From: an uncultured Verrucomicrobiae bacterium
GTDB lineage: Bacteria > Verrucomicrobiota > Verrucomicrobiia > Chthoniobacterales > JAATET01
Length of the DNA stretch: 64,000 bases
NCBI GenBank assembly: GCA_963719495.1
Contig: CAVRCI010000014.1
Location: 1-64,000 of the forward strand
Reading direction: 5' to 3'
Below, one piece after another: positions 20,414-30,074 of this stretch; the first letter of the stretch is position 1; the number at the start of each line of letters is the position of its first letter. Below the pieces are notes generated by a model. That model had not been told where the DNA came from, did no database searches, and saw only the letters and a program-made list of their open reading frames with translations. Position numbers and translations under genes: made by a program.

Positions 20414-21583
20414 ATGAATTTCGACCAAAACCTCCACCGTCTTCTCACCCGTCATCAAGCTCTGATCGAGCGTCCCAATCCCGTTGCGGACGATTGGTTC
20501 AACGGCATTTTCGAGCGCTACGAATTCCCCATCCTGACGGCGGACCACTTTCCCATCGACTGGAGATTCGATCTGAATCCGAAGACGAATCCGCACCTCC
20601 TCGAGCGGTTGGGGGTCAACGGCGTGATGAACGCCGGGGCGATCGAGTGGGAGGGGAAATGCGTCGTCGTGGCGCGGGCGGAGGGCAGCGATCGCAAATC
20701 GTTCTTCGCCATCGCGGAGAGCGCCAGCGGCATCGACGGCTTCCGCTTCTGGGACGAGCCGCTCGTCATGCCCGAGACGGTAGACCCCGACACGAACGTC
20801 TACGACCTGCGACTCACGCGGCACGAGGATGGCTGGATCTACGGGTTGTTCTGCACCGAGCGGAAGGATCCCGCGGCGTCCGCGCACGACACGTCCGCCG
20901 CCATCGCGCAGTGCGGCATCGCTCGAACGAAGGACCTGCGCACTTGGGAGCGCCTGCCTGATCTGAAATCCCGCTCCGCGCAGCAGCGAAACGTCGTGCT
21001 GCACCCGGAATTCGTCGATGGGAAATACGGCCTCTACACCCGACCACAGGATAGCTTCATCGAAGCGGGGAAGGGCGGCGGCATCGGCTGGGCGGTGTGC
21101 GAGACGATGGACGGTGCGGAGATCGGCGAGGAGAGTATCGTCGACGCTCGCGTCTACCACACCATCACCGAGGCTAAAAATGGCCAGGGCCCGGCTCCGA
21201 TCCGCACGGAGCGAGGCTGGTTGCACCTCGCGCACGGGGTGCGGAATTGCGCGGCGGGTCTTCGCTACGTGCTCTACGTTTTCGTGACAGACCTGGCCGA
21301 GCCTTGGCGGGTGATCGCCAAGCCCCAGGGGTATTTCATCGCGCCGCGGGGTGCGGAGAGGGTCGGCGACGTGTCGAACGTTGTCTTCGCCAATGGCTGG
21401 ATCGCGCGCGGCAATGGCGACGTCTTTATTTACTACGCGTCGTCGGACACGCGGTTGCACGTCGCGACGACCACGGTGGAGAAACTGCTCGATTACGCCT
21501 TCAACACTCCCGCCGACGGTTTGCGCTCGGCGGCGAGTGTCGAGCAGCGAATCGAGCTGATCCGGAGAAACCGCGCCCGTTGA
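20414..21583 (+). CDS. GH130 4-O-beta-D-mannosyl-D-glucose phosphorylase-like
   Basis: [55 protein letters not shown] and YYASSDTR. Confidence 0.9.
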   Translation: MNFDQNLHRLLTRHQALIERPNPVADDWFNGIFERYEFPILTADHFPIDWRFDLNPKTNPHLLERLGVNGVMNAGAIEWEGKCVVVARAEGSDRKSFFAIAESASGIDGFRFWDEPLVMPETVDPDTNVYDLRLTRHEDGWIYGLFCTERKDPAASAHDTSAAIAQCGIARTKDLRTWERLPDLKSRSAQQRNVVLHPEFVDGKYGLYTRPQDSFIEAGKGGGIGWAVCETMDGAEIGEESIVDARVYHTITEAKNGQGPAPIRTERGWLHLAHGVRNCAAGLRYVLYVFVTDLAEPWRVIAKPQGYFIAPRGAERVGDVSNVVFANGWIARGNGDVFIYYASSDTRLHVATTTVEKLLDYAFNTPADGLRSAASVEQRIELIRRNRAR

Positions 21584-21605
21584 CCTGGCGGATCACCAGC
21601 CGCCG

Positions 21606-21619
21606 CGCATCCAATTGCA
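21606..21619. promoter_or_regulatory. Operator-like site CGCATCCAATTGCA
   Basis: Same motif as at 20304, 51492 and 58281. About 50 bp upstream of the next ATG. Confidence 0.6.
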
Positions 21620-21666
21620 CGAAGTTCGGGGTGCAATCGGCGAGGGAACCGGGCAGGGTTTTTGGG

Positions 21667-22212
21667 ATGAAATTTGTCCCCCTCTTCGCGGCTCTCCTCG
21701 CCTCCACCACCCTCCTCCACGCCGCCGAGGAACTTGATTTTGGCACCGACGGAAACGTCACCGAAGTCGCCGGCAACGGCGGCAACAAAGCTGCCCTCGA
21801 AATGTCGGACACGGCCCTCGTGATTCGAGGCGATAACTTCTGGACGATCCAGGCCATCGTGAAGGACGTGGATTTCGAGGTCGGCGAGGTCAGCGAAAAG
21901 CGCTACCTGGAAGTCACGATGCTCGGGACCGTGCAGGATGAAGGTCCCAAGCTGAGGGTGGTGTTGCTTTCTTCGGATTGGTCGGAGAAATACGAATACG
22001 AGCTCGATCTGACCGGCATCGACCCCGCCGAGGCGAAGACGTTCCGCGCGACGACGCCGCTCGATCAACCCGTCCCCGCGATGGGTGAATCCGGGGAGCC
22101 GGCCGCACCGGAATCCGCCGCCATGATCGACAACGTCCTCTTTCTTACCTCCGCCGAGCTCGGCAACAAACCTTGGGACCTCGAGATCGAGGGGCTGAAG
22201 GTCGTGGAATAA
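21667..22212 (+). CDS. Secreted hypothetical protein (possible carbohydrate-binding beta-sandwich)
   Basis: Signal peptide MKFVPLFAALLASTTLLHA and an acidic body. Confidence 0.7.
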   Translation: MKFVPLFAALLASTTLLHAAEELDFGTDGNVTEVAGNGGNKAALEMSDTALVIRGDNFWTIQAIVKDVDFEVGEVSEKRYLEVTMLGTVQDEGPKLRVVLLSSDWSEKYEYELDLTGIDPAEAKTFRATTPLDQPVPAMGESGEPAAPESAAMIDNVLFLTSAELGNKPWDLEIEGLKVVE

Positions 22213-22288
22213 TCCATCGCGTCGAGACGCGTGCGGGGCTTCCTCGCGCGCGTGTCCCGTTTGTCCGAAACCGGTTCCGCCCCCCACG

Positions 22289-23080
22289 ATGAAAGTTTTT
22301 CTCTCCGTCAGCCTCGTCCTCGCTTTGGCCCCACTCGTTGCCGGGGCCGATCCGCTTTTTTACGAAGGCTTCGATTATCCCGGCGGCGCGCTCGCCGGAA
22401 ACGACGGCTGGACCCAGTCGGAGAACATCTCGTCCGGCGAGGAGTGGATCGTCGAGGAAGGCGAATCGCTGGGGTATTCCAAAAACGGGAAAACGCTCGC
22501 GACCAGTGGCGGTCGGGTCCGGGCGATGGCCGTTGATCCGGAACTCTCCACGGCCCACCGCGCGATGGGTCAAGCCTTCGACAGCGGCGTGTTCTGGGTG
22601 AGTTACCTGGTCTCGCGGGACTCCGAACTCGACAAGACGACGCTCGCCCTCGAGTTGTCGCAGTCGAAAGAGGAGGAGGCGGGTGCCTTCTACAAAAACG
22701 TGGCGCTGGGCAGCGACGCGGCGGCGTTGGGCTACGGCGCTTACGTCAATCCGGGTCCGTTTGCGGTGATTCCCGGCACCGAGGCCGTGCCGAGCGTCGA
22801 TCCCGCCGAGGCCGATCTGCTCGTGGCCGAGATCGTCCTTCCGGATGGCGATGGCAACGATCCGACGGGGCGCGTGACCCTTTACGTCAACCCCGAACCC
22901 GGCAACGCGGACCCGGCGGAGACCGCTGAGTTCACGATGGAAGTGGATGGGAAAAACCGATTTCAACTTCGTTTCGAGATCGTGGCGCTCACCTCCGGTT
23001 GGGCGCTTCAGAGCAGCGGATCCATCGACGAGATTCGGGTCGGCGAAACTTTTGAGATCGTGACCCCGCTCGCCGAATAG
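22289..23080 (+). CDS. Secreted hypothetical protein
   Basis: Signal peptide, FYEGFDY..GALAG..GW N-terminus and IDEIRVG C-terminus, suggesting a lectin-like beta fold. Confidence 0.7.
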   Translation: MKVFLSVSLVLALAPLVAGADPLFYEGFDYPGGALAGNDGWTQSENISSGEEWIVEEGESLGYSKNGKTLATSGGRVRAMAVDPELSTAHRAMGQAFDSGVFWVSYLVSRDSELDKTTLALELSQSKEEEAGAFYKNVALGSDAAALGYGAYVNPGPFAVIPGTEAVPSVDPAEADLLVAEIVLPDGDGNDPTGRVTLYVNPEPGNADPAETAEFTMEVDGKNRFQLRFEIVALTSGWALQSSGSIDEIRVGETFEIVTPLAE

Positions 23081-23117
23081 ATCGGACCGGTCGCGAGTCC
23101 TCCATCCACTCTTTTTC

Positions 23118-24875
23118 ATGGCGACCGGTATCCAACGATCTCTGCTTTTCTCCCAGGTCGGCTACGAGCCCGACTTTCCGATTCGCGTGATCGTCCGGGC
23201 CGACGATCCCGGGACGATTGCCGCGGACGCCGTTTGTCGGCTCGACTTCGACCGGCGGGAGGGCGGGGGCGCGGGGCCGTTTGGCTTGGATACGGACTCG
23301 CACGAACGCCCCCTGCAGGAATGGGGGGAACTCTGGGGAACGCACTGGTGGGTGGCGGAGTTTCCCGCCGGTTCGGTGGGCGAGGGGTCGTGGCGGGTGA
23401 GCGTGGTCGCGGATGACACGACGATTCTCGCCGCGGATGGTTTGCTGGTGGGCCGGGGGACGTTGTGGGATCAGGCCCTTTTTCCGATGGCGGTGGAGAT
23501 GCTCGAGCCACGGGCGGTGATGGCGAAGGCGAAGTGCGGGTGGATGGACGCGGGCGCGATGTGGCAGGAGAGCAACGCGCAGAGTTCGATGATCATTGGG
23601 CTGACCGATGTCCTGGAATTCGCCGCCGACCGGTTGGATTCGGACGTGCGGGCGCGGATCGAAGCGCAGGTGATGACCGGTTGCGATTACCTCGTGCTCA
23701 CGCAGGAGCGGGCGAAGGCGCACGGGTTTCCCGACGGCGCGCTGTCGCACGACGCGCTCGAGAACGAGAAGGTCGTGCTGCCGAACGACGCGTCGAAGGC
23801 CGTGGTGGCTTGGCGCCGAGCCGCGCGACTGCTCCCGGAGAGTGCCGCCGCGTCGCGCCGCCGCTACGTCGAGGCCGCCGACCGGGCGCTGCACTGGCTC
23901 ACGACGGAGGCGGCCCCGCTCGGCGACACGGGTCTCAGCCGAATCCAGAGAGGGCTGGCGGCGGACACGCCGATCCCGGCGGACGAATGGACGACGCGCG
24001 ATCTGGTGATGCTCTGCTGGGGCGCACTCGAGACGTGGCGTGGCGGGCGGGAGGACGCGCGCGAGCTGGCTTGCGAGATTGCGCGGGCGATCATAGCGCG
24101 ACAGATCCACGAGGACGCCGCGGAGTCGGGGTTGCACGGTCATTTTCGCGAATACGATTCCGCGCCGTGGAGCGAGGTGTCGTGGACGCATTCGATCTCG
24201 CAGGGGACGTTTGGCACCGACGCCGGGGGCACATTTCCGAATTACGTCCTGCCGTTGATCGAGATGTCACGGCTCTGGCCGGACCACGCCGACGCGGCGG
24301 CGTGGCGCGATGCGCTGGAGCGATTCGTCCACGGTTACCTGATCCCGGGCTGTCGGCGAAATCCGTTTCTCATCGTGCCGCAGGGCGTCTTCGGCGACGA
24401 CGGCGCGTTGTTTTTTGTCGGCCCGTGGCACGGCATGAACGTGATCTACGGTCTGACCGCCGCGCTCGCGTTCGAGCTGGCGGATTTCCTCGACGAACCG
24501 TCGCTGCGCGAGATCGCCTACGGGAATTTGCAATGGGTCGCGGGGCTCAACGCCGGTCTCACGCGGCAGGCCATCGAGACGGGTTGCACGATTTTTCGCG
24601 ACGACGTGCCGGAGGGTGTGGCGGTGCCGGTGAGCATGATCCACCGCGTCGGGAAGCGGACGGCGGGCGCGTGGTTTGGCACGCGCGGGGTCGTCTGCAA
24701 CGGGTTTGCGACCGGCGCGCAGTTTCGCTTCGACGTGGAGGTCAGCGCCGCAAACGACGGTCCCCATTCTTTCACCGATGAAGACTGGATCCCCCACAGC
24801 GCGGGCTGGCTCTCGGGATTGGCGCGGCTGATGAATCAGCCCGGTGAAGAGCCCGCGACCAACCACCATTCCTGA
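23118..24875 (+). CDS. Divergent GH9-like (Ig + (alpha/alpha)6) protein
   Basis: SQVGYEP (CelD_N-like), GWMDAG, LQWVAGLN and C-terminal FTDEDWIPHSAGWL. No signal peptide. Confidence 0.55.
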   Translation: MATGIQRSLLFSQVGYEPDFPIRVIVRADDPGTIAADAVCRLDFDRREGGGAGPFGLDTDSHERPLQEWGELWGTHWWVAEFPAGSVGEGSWRVSVVADDTTILAADGLLVGRGTLWDQALFPMAVEMLEPRAVMAKAKCGWMDAGAMWQESNAQSSMIIGLTDVLEFAADRLDSDVRARIEAQVMTGCDYLVLTQERAKAHGFPDGALSHDALENEKVVLPNDASKAVVAWRRAARLLPESAAASRRRYVEAADRALHWLTTEAAPLGDTGLSRIQRGLAADTPIPADEWTTRDLVMLCWGALETWRGGREDARELACEIARAIIARQIHEDAAESGLHGHFREYDSAPWSEVSWTHSISQGTFGTDAGGTFPNYVLPLIEMSRLWPDHADAAAWRDALERFVHGYLIPGCRRNPFLIVPQGVFGDDGALFFVGPWHGMNVIYGLTAALAFELADFLDEPSLREIAYGNLQWVAGLNAGLTRQAIETGCTIFRDDVPEGVAVPVSMIHRVGKRTAGAWFGTRGVVCNGFATGAQFRFDVEVSAANDGPHSFTDEDWIPHSAGWLSGLARLMNQPGEEPATNHHS

Positions 24876-24880
24876 AGAAC

Positions 24881-26326
24881 ATGCCCGACCAACCGTCGCC
24901 CCCAACCCCCGCCGCCGCTCCGAAATCGAACGGTGAGGAGGCCGCGGGCGAGTATCGAGTCCCTCGCAACGAGCTGATCGCCTACAGTCTGCCGGAGGGT
25001 GTGAACACGCTCGCCAGCAACGCGATGTCGTCGATGGCGAATCCGATCCTCGTCACGACGATGGGGATCGCGCCCGGCATCGTTGGCATCATTCTCATGC
25101 TGCGCGGGCTGTGGGACGCGGTGACCGATCCGGTGATGGGCTTCGTCTCCGACAACGCCCGCACGCGGATGGGGCGGCGGCGACCGTTCATCATCATCGG
25201 CGCCGTCATGATGGCGCTCACCATGACGGCGGCGTGGATGTTCCCAGTCGATGCGAGCCAGACGACGGTGCTCACGTTTTTTGCGGTCGGGCTGGTGCTG
25301 TTCGCGACGTCGCAGACCGTTTACGCCGTGCCCTACGGCGCGCTGGGACTCGAGTTGTCGCAGACCTACCACGGGCGGACGCGGGTGCAGATGGCGAAGG
25401 CGCTGGCCGGGCGGATCGCCTACTTCGGCATCCCGTATCTCTTCCCGTTCTGCCTGCTGGGGATCTTCCCCGATGCGGTGCACGGCATGCGCTGGCTCAC
25501 GGGCGGGCTCGCGGTGTTGATGGTGATCGCGGCGGTCATCGCGGGACTCACGACGCGCGAGCGAATGAAGGTGACGGCCGCGAAGGACAACTTCTTCCGC
25601 GCGATCTCGGAGACGTTTCGGTCGCCGGATTTCCTGCGGATCGCGTTCATTTACGTCGTGCTCCTGTTCACGGTCGTCGCGTTCGGCGTCTTCAATTACT
25701 TCCTCGGGATCTACTACGTCTTCGGCGGAAACGTGGTGAAGGGTGCCGGGTTCCTGGCGCTGGTCGAGACGTTGGCCAACGTCCTCGCGCTGGCTGGCAT
25801 CCCGATCGTCACGTGGATCTGCAAGAAATACGGCAAGCACAACGCGCTCAAGCTCGCGCTGTGGATGATGATCATCGGATCGGGCCTGCAATACGTGCTT
25901 CTCAACCCCGAGCATCCGTATCTCATGTTCATTAGCCCGTTCTTCTATTCGATGGGCATCGTGTCGACGTTCATGGTGCTGGGGACGATGATGGCGGACG
26001 TGGTCGACGCGGACGAACTCCGCACCCACCGTCGGCGCGAGGGGCTCTTCAGTGCAACGGCCGCGTTCATGATGAAGACCGTCGTGGCCGTGGCGACGGG
26101 GTTGTCGGGATTTTTGGTCGAGGCGACGGGATTCGACATTGCGCTGGAAGCCAATCAAGCCCCGGGCGTGTTCCACAACATGCTGCTGCTCTTCAGCGGC
26201 AAATGTGTGCTGCTCGGGCTGTGCCTGTTGGTGCTGCGCAACTATCCGCTGACGGAGGCGCGGGTCCTGGAGATCCAGGCCATTCTCCGGCGGCGCGGGG
26301 AATTTCCAGAGAAGCCAGCGGCGTGA
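24881..26326 (+). CDS. MFS sugar:cation symporter (GPH family)
   Basis: WDAVTDPVMGFVSD, RMGRRRPF, PYGALGLEL and ADVVDADEL..RREG. Confidence 0.92.
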   Translation: MPDQPSPPTPAAAPKSNGEEAAGEYRVPRNELIAYSLPEGVNTLASNAMSSMANPILVTTMGIAPGIVGIILMLRGLWDAVTDPVMGFVSDNARTRMGRRRPFIIIGAVMMALTMTAAWMFPVDASQTTVLTFFAVGLVLFATSQTVYAVPYGALGLELSQTYHGRTRVQMAKALAGRIAYFGIPYLFPFCLLGIFPDAVHGMRWLTGGLAVLMVIAAVIAGLTTRERMKVTAAKDNFFRAISETFRSPDFLRIAFIYVVLLFTVVAFGVFNYFLGIYYVFGGNVVKGAGFLALVETLANVLALAGIPIVTWICKKYGKHNALKLALWMMIIGSGLQYVLLNPEHPYLMFISPFFYSMGIVSTFMVLGTMMADVVDADELRTHRRREGLFSATAAFMMKTVVAVATGLSGFLVEATGFDIALEANQAPGVFHNMLLLFSGKCVLLGLCLLVLRNYPLTEARVLEIQAILRRRGEFPEKPAA

Positions 26327-27429
26327 GTCGGCTCCGAATCGCTCTCCTCGGCACCGGTGCCATCGCGGGTTATCACGTTCGCCCCGACGCCGACCCGTCG
26401 ATCGCATTATTCCCGGACGGTGATGCTGAATTCGTCGCGGTGATGGACGTGGACGCGGATCGAGCCCGGGCATTCGCGGAAAAGTTTGGCATCCCGCGAT
26501 TCCACACCGACGTGGACCGGCTCCTCGCGGAAGAAAAACCGGACATCGTCGTCATCGCGACGCCGCCGGCGTTCCATGCGTCGCTCTCGATCCGGGCGAT
26601 GGAGGCGGGGGCGTGGGTGCTGTGCGAGAAGCCGCTGTGTGCGTCCCTGCGCGAATTGGACGCGATCCAGCAGGTCGAGGCCCGGACCGGGCGTTTCTGT
26701 TCTTCGGTTTTTCAAAGTCGTTTCGGGAGCGCGCAGCGGCACGTCAAGCGGCTCGTGGAGGAGCGGGTTGCGGGCAGGATCCTCGTCGGGACCTGCCACA
26801 CGACTTGGTATCGCGATGCGAGTTACTACGCGACCGGGTGGCACGGGACGTGGAAGAGCGATTTCGGCGGACCGACGATGGGGCTCGGGATTCACGCGAT
26901 GGATTGCTTTCTTTGGACGATGGGTGATTGGGAAACGGTGAGCGCGCTGGCCGCGACGATCGACCGGGACATCGAGGTCGAGGACACTTCGTCGGCGAGC
27001 GTGCGGTTTGCCAACGGAGCCGTGGGCAATATTCTCAACTCCGCCCTCTGCCCGGCGCAGCGAACGTTCCTGCGCTATGATTTCGAGCGGGGCTCGGCGT
27101 GGACGGAAGGCGCGCTCTACAACCTCGACAACGACAAGTGGCGCTTCCAGACGCTGCCCGACGTTGACCCGGCGGCGGCGGAGGAATTCCGAACGATCCC
27201 GGAGGAAATTTCCGCCCAACCTTCCTCCCAGCTCCAGGCGATGGTGCGCGATTTTCAAGCCGGGCGGCGGCCGCTCGTGAGTGGCCCCGAAGTCCGGACC
27301 ACGATCGAGTTTCTGTCTTCGCTCTACAAATCCGCCGCGACGGGCCGGGCCGTCGAGCGCGGCTCGATCGTGCCCGGCGATCCGTTTTACGAACACGTTG
27401 CCGGGACGCTGGCACTGAGCCAGTCGTAG
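26323..27429 (+). CDS. Gfo/Idh/MocA oxidoreductase
   Basis: IALLGTGAIA, IATPPAFH, VLCEKP and GIHAMD. GTG overlaps the MFS stop. Confidence 0.92.
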   Translation: MSRLRIALLGTGAIAGYHVRPDADPSIALFPDGDAEFVAVMDVDADRARAFAEKFGIPRFHTDVDRLLAEEKPDIVVIATPPAFHASLSIRAMEAGAWVLCEKPLCASLRELDAIQQVEARTGRFCSSVFQSRFGSAQRHVKRLVEERVAGRILVGTCHTTWYRDASYYATGWHGTWKSDFGGPTMGLGIHAMDCFLWTMGDWETVSALAATIDRDIEVEDTSSASVRFANGAVGNILNSALCPAQRTFLRYDFERGSAWTEGALYNLDNDKWRFQTLPDVDPAAAEEFRTIPEEISAQPSSQLQAMVRDFQAGRRPLVSGPEVRTTIEFLSSLYKSAATGRAVERGSIVPGDPFYEHVAGTLALSQS

Positions 27430-27457
27430 GCGGCGCTTTTTCCGCCACCCAAGGGAG

Positions 27458-28420
27458 CTACTTTTCGGAGAGACGTTCGATCCGGAGATTTTCGAGGCGG
27501 GCACCGTTCGACTGCGCGCCCGGCTGGAGTTGCGCGAGGAAGGTGAGTGATTGAGCGTCGGCAGGGATCCAGTATTCGGCCCGGATCGTGCGCGGCTCGC
27601 CCGCGGGGGCCGCGTGGCCGATGGGAAGCCAGAAGGGCGCCGGAGTCGATTCGAGGACGGTGGACGATCCGGCGGCGTCGGTGGCGCGAAGCTCGGCGAC
27701 GACGCCGGCCCAATTCTTCGCGGGCTCGGCAACGGAGTCGTAGGTGACGTCGAGCCAGACGCGGACATGGTTTCCGGCCAGTCCGTCGACCGGGATGTCG
27801 CGGGAAATCGAGGAGGGAATTGGCGCCTGGTCCACGGCGAGTTCGCTTTCGCCGCCGAGCGGGATCGAGGTCGTGGCGTCCGGGGCGGGAGCGGGCGACG
27901 GCGCGTCCGGATCCTCGCTCGCTCGGCGCACTTCCAGATCGTCGATCCAGATGTCGGCGTCGCCGGATTGAAAGGCGGTGACGAGGATCTCGCCGGTGCG
28001 GGGACCTGGGTAGGGATCGCTCACCGGCACGACCGCGCGGTATTCCCGCCAGTCTTCGGAGGGCTCGATCGTGATGGAATGAGGGTCCTCCGCTGGCTTG
28101 CCGTCGGCACCCGGACTGATGACCTTCAGCACGACTTCGAGTCGACTCTCGGCGCGGGCGTGGAAGGAGACTTCGAAATCGCCGGTCCCGTCGGTGAGCA
28201 GTTCAAGGTGTTGGTAGCCCGGTTGGATCTTCCAAGCCCGGGTTCCGCCCGGCGTGTGATTGGTGCCGGTCTCGAGTTGGACGTTTTTCGCGGAGCTGAA
28301 GTTCCCCCCGAAGACGGCCCCCTCGAACGTGCCCGGCCAATAAAGATTCGGCGAATCGGCGGCAAAGAGCGGGGTCGCGGCGGCGACGGCGAGGAGGGAC
28401 AAAAGTCGGGTGGGAGACAT
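27458..28420 (-). CDS. Secreted two-domain carbohydrate-binding-like protein
   Basis: Signal peptide and two beta-sandwich-like halves (ending IWIDDLEV and ARLENLRI) joined by a Pro/Ala linker. Confidence 0.6.
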   Translation of the reverse strand: MSPTRLLSLLAVAAATPLFAADSPNLYWPGTFEGAVFGGNFSSAKNVQLETGTNHTPGGTRAWKIQPGYQHLELLTDGTGDFEVSFHARAESRLEVVLKVISPGADGKPAEDPHSITIEPSEDWREYRAVVPVSDPYPGPRTGEILVTAFQSGDADIWIDDLEVRRASEDPDAPSPAPAPDATTSIPLGGESELAVDQAPIPSSISRDIPVDGLAGNHVRVWLDVTYDSVAEPAKNWAGVVAELRATDAAGSSTVLESTPAPFWLPIGHAAPAGEPRTIRAEYWIPADAQSLTFLAQLQPGAQSNGARLENLRIERLSEK

Positions 28421-28568
28421 CGTCTGCAGCGTTCATGAACTGGCGGCAGCGGCCAAGGTCGGGCGTGAGCATATGGTTGCACCACCTGGGCGAGAAGCGA
28501 ACGGCGGTCACCGACCGCCGCCACGACCGAAGTCAGGTCAATTGTGAACGCTCGCAAGACTCGGTTCA

Positions 28569-28727
28569 GGGTGTGATTGCGAAAGTGGGCCGAGAGAGCG
28601 AGGGAACGCGCGGCGCGACGTTCCCTACCCGACTGGGTAGGGCTGGTCGCGCCGCGCCAGCCGTCTTCAATCTCCGCGGTGCCACTTTCTTCGTCTCGCC
28701 CCGGTGACCTTTTTCGCAATCACACCC
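28569..28727. mobile_element. 159-bp MITE, copy 1
   Basis: Perfect 16-bp TIR GGGTGTGATTGCGAAA/TTTCGCAATCACACCC. 9-bp direct repeat CTCGGTTCA at 28560-28568 and 28728-28736. Homologous copy at 54064. Confidence 0.9.
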
Positions 28728-29480
28728 CTCGGTTCACCCACTCTGAACCAACCATCAGCCTGCCCCCGCCGACGAATTAGCCCGGACCTCCGAGCTACCG
28801 GAAGCGAGCGTCGGCGCGTCGGATGCCGGGCGGTCGGTGCAATCTGCATCCGGCGTTACGACGCGGGCGCATGCCGCGAACCGGCGGTAATTCGGGGGGG
28901 GATTTCTTTGAGTAAGCGGGCATCGGATGCGAATTCTGAACCAATGAACGGACTGACACGTTCTACGACGGCGATGGAGTGAGCGCAGATCAGAACGCGA
29001 ACGCGGGAGTCGCGGCAGGGGCACAGGTTGTCGACGTCGATGCGGTTGTTGAAGCGGAAGCCGCGAGGAATTCTTTACCGCCCTCCGAGACTCGTCCTTT
29101 GAGCAACGGCGGCTCGTAGGTCGCTTCGGTCACGTGACCGCCTTCGTGGATGGCTCGCGCCTGCTTCCAAATCTGCCAACCGCCCATGCCCGTGAGGGAT
29201 TTTTCGGTCAGGACGATGGTCGGATCGGTCGCGGGCGGCATCCGGCGCATGATGCCCGCGCGACTCCATTGCGCAACGGGGTAGACTCGGCGAAGGTCCC
29301 GTTTCTTTTGCGCCTGCGCGCTCGCCGTGATGTGTGTCGGCTGTGCGACCAAGCCCACCGGATCGTCCGTGGTGTTGACGGGAGCGGTGACGTCACCCGC
29401 TGAATTTTCGCTCCCGCCCACGACCCCTTTCCGACCCCTTTCCGCGGGAAGTAGGAATTCGTTTTTGCATACTGACCCCC
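28705..29480. repeat. About 0.78-kb direct duplication, copy A (copy B at 31609-32397)
   Basis: Near-identical sequence with about a dozen substitutions counted by eye and small indels. Confidence 0.92.
28960..29241 (-). pseudogene. 5' fragment of a SWIM-zinc-finger (SNF2 helicase-type) gene, frameshifted
   Basis: MPPATDPTIVLTEKSLTGMGGWQIWKQAR...KEFLA, then a frameshift into FRFNNRIDVDNLCPCRDSRVRVLICAHSIAV (CxC...CxH). Truncated at a GTGTCAGTCCG motif. Confidence 0.7.
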
Positions 29481-29670
29481 CACTTCTGACCCCCACTTCC
29501 CTCTCCGAATCTGAGCCCGACAGTGAAAGTCGAAAATCGATGGAAAGTTGCGAGCGCCGAATGTGCCAATGCTATGGACCGACCCCTTCACGTGACCCCT
29601 TCCGCTAGCTAAGCGTCGTCAGAATTCATCGGCTGACCCCTACCGCTTTGAAGAATTCATCGGCTGACCC
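29420..29670 (-). repeat. Cluster of GGGGTC-core repeats (minus strand)
   Basis: Tandem (C/T)GACCCC units at about 29422, 29432, 29473, 29486, 29580, 29594, 29634 and 29665, including two copies of GAATTCATCGGCTGACCC. Confidence 0.85.
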
Positions 29671-29678
29671 GAATGGCA

Positions 29679-30032
29679 CTAACTTAAGGAGGATTTAGGA
29701 GGCGGCTCGCGTTTGGGAATCGGGGAGGGATCTGGGGTTCTCAAGATGAGTTTCTGGGTTATCTCGCGCATCTCGGTAACGTTCTTTTCCAGCTTTCGAT
29801 GGTTGGCGATGGCTAGTTTCATCCTTTGGGCTTTGAGGGGACTGAGCCCAACGGTGACGGTTTTTCCGGCAACTTTGCGGGTCCACCGCCAAGCCCGGGG
29901 AGGTTGGGGCATCACGCTTCCCTGACTCAATTCGGGGAAGCTTCCCAGCTCCGAGGCCAGGGTGCTGTAGCGTGCTTCGAGTCGACGGATTTCCCGGGCG
30001 GTGAGGTCGGATTTTTTAGCGGTTTTCGGCAT
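29679..30032 (-). CDS. Small basic IS-associated protein (DUF6788-like)
   Basis: SQGSV...WRWTRKVAGKTVT pattern. Lies inside the IS, divergent from the transposase, with its stop in the left TIR. Confidence 0.6.
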   Translation of the reverse strand: MPKTAKKSDLTAREIRRLEARYSTLASELGSFPELSQGSVMPQPPRAWRWTRKVAGKTVTVGLSPLKAQRMKLAIANHRKLEKNVTEMREITQKLILRTPDPSPIPKREPPPKSSLS

Positions 30033-30074
30033 AATTCACTGGCGGCTTCGATTAAGTATATATACTTGTATTGG

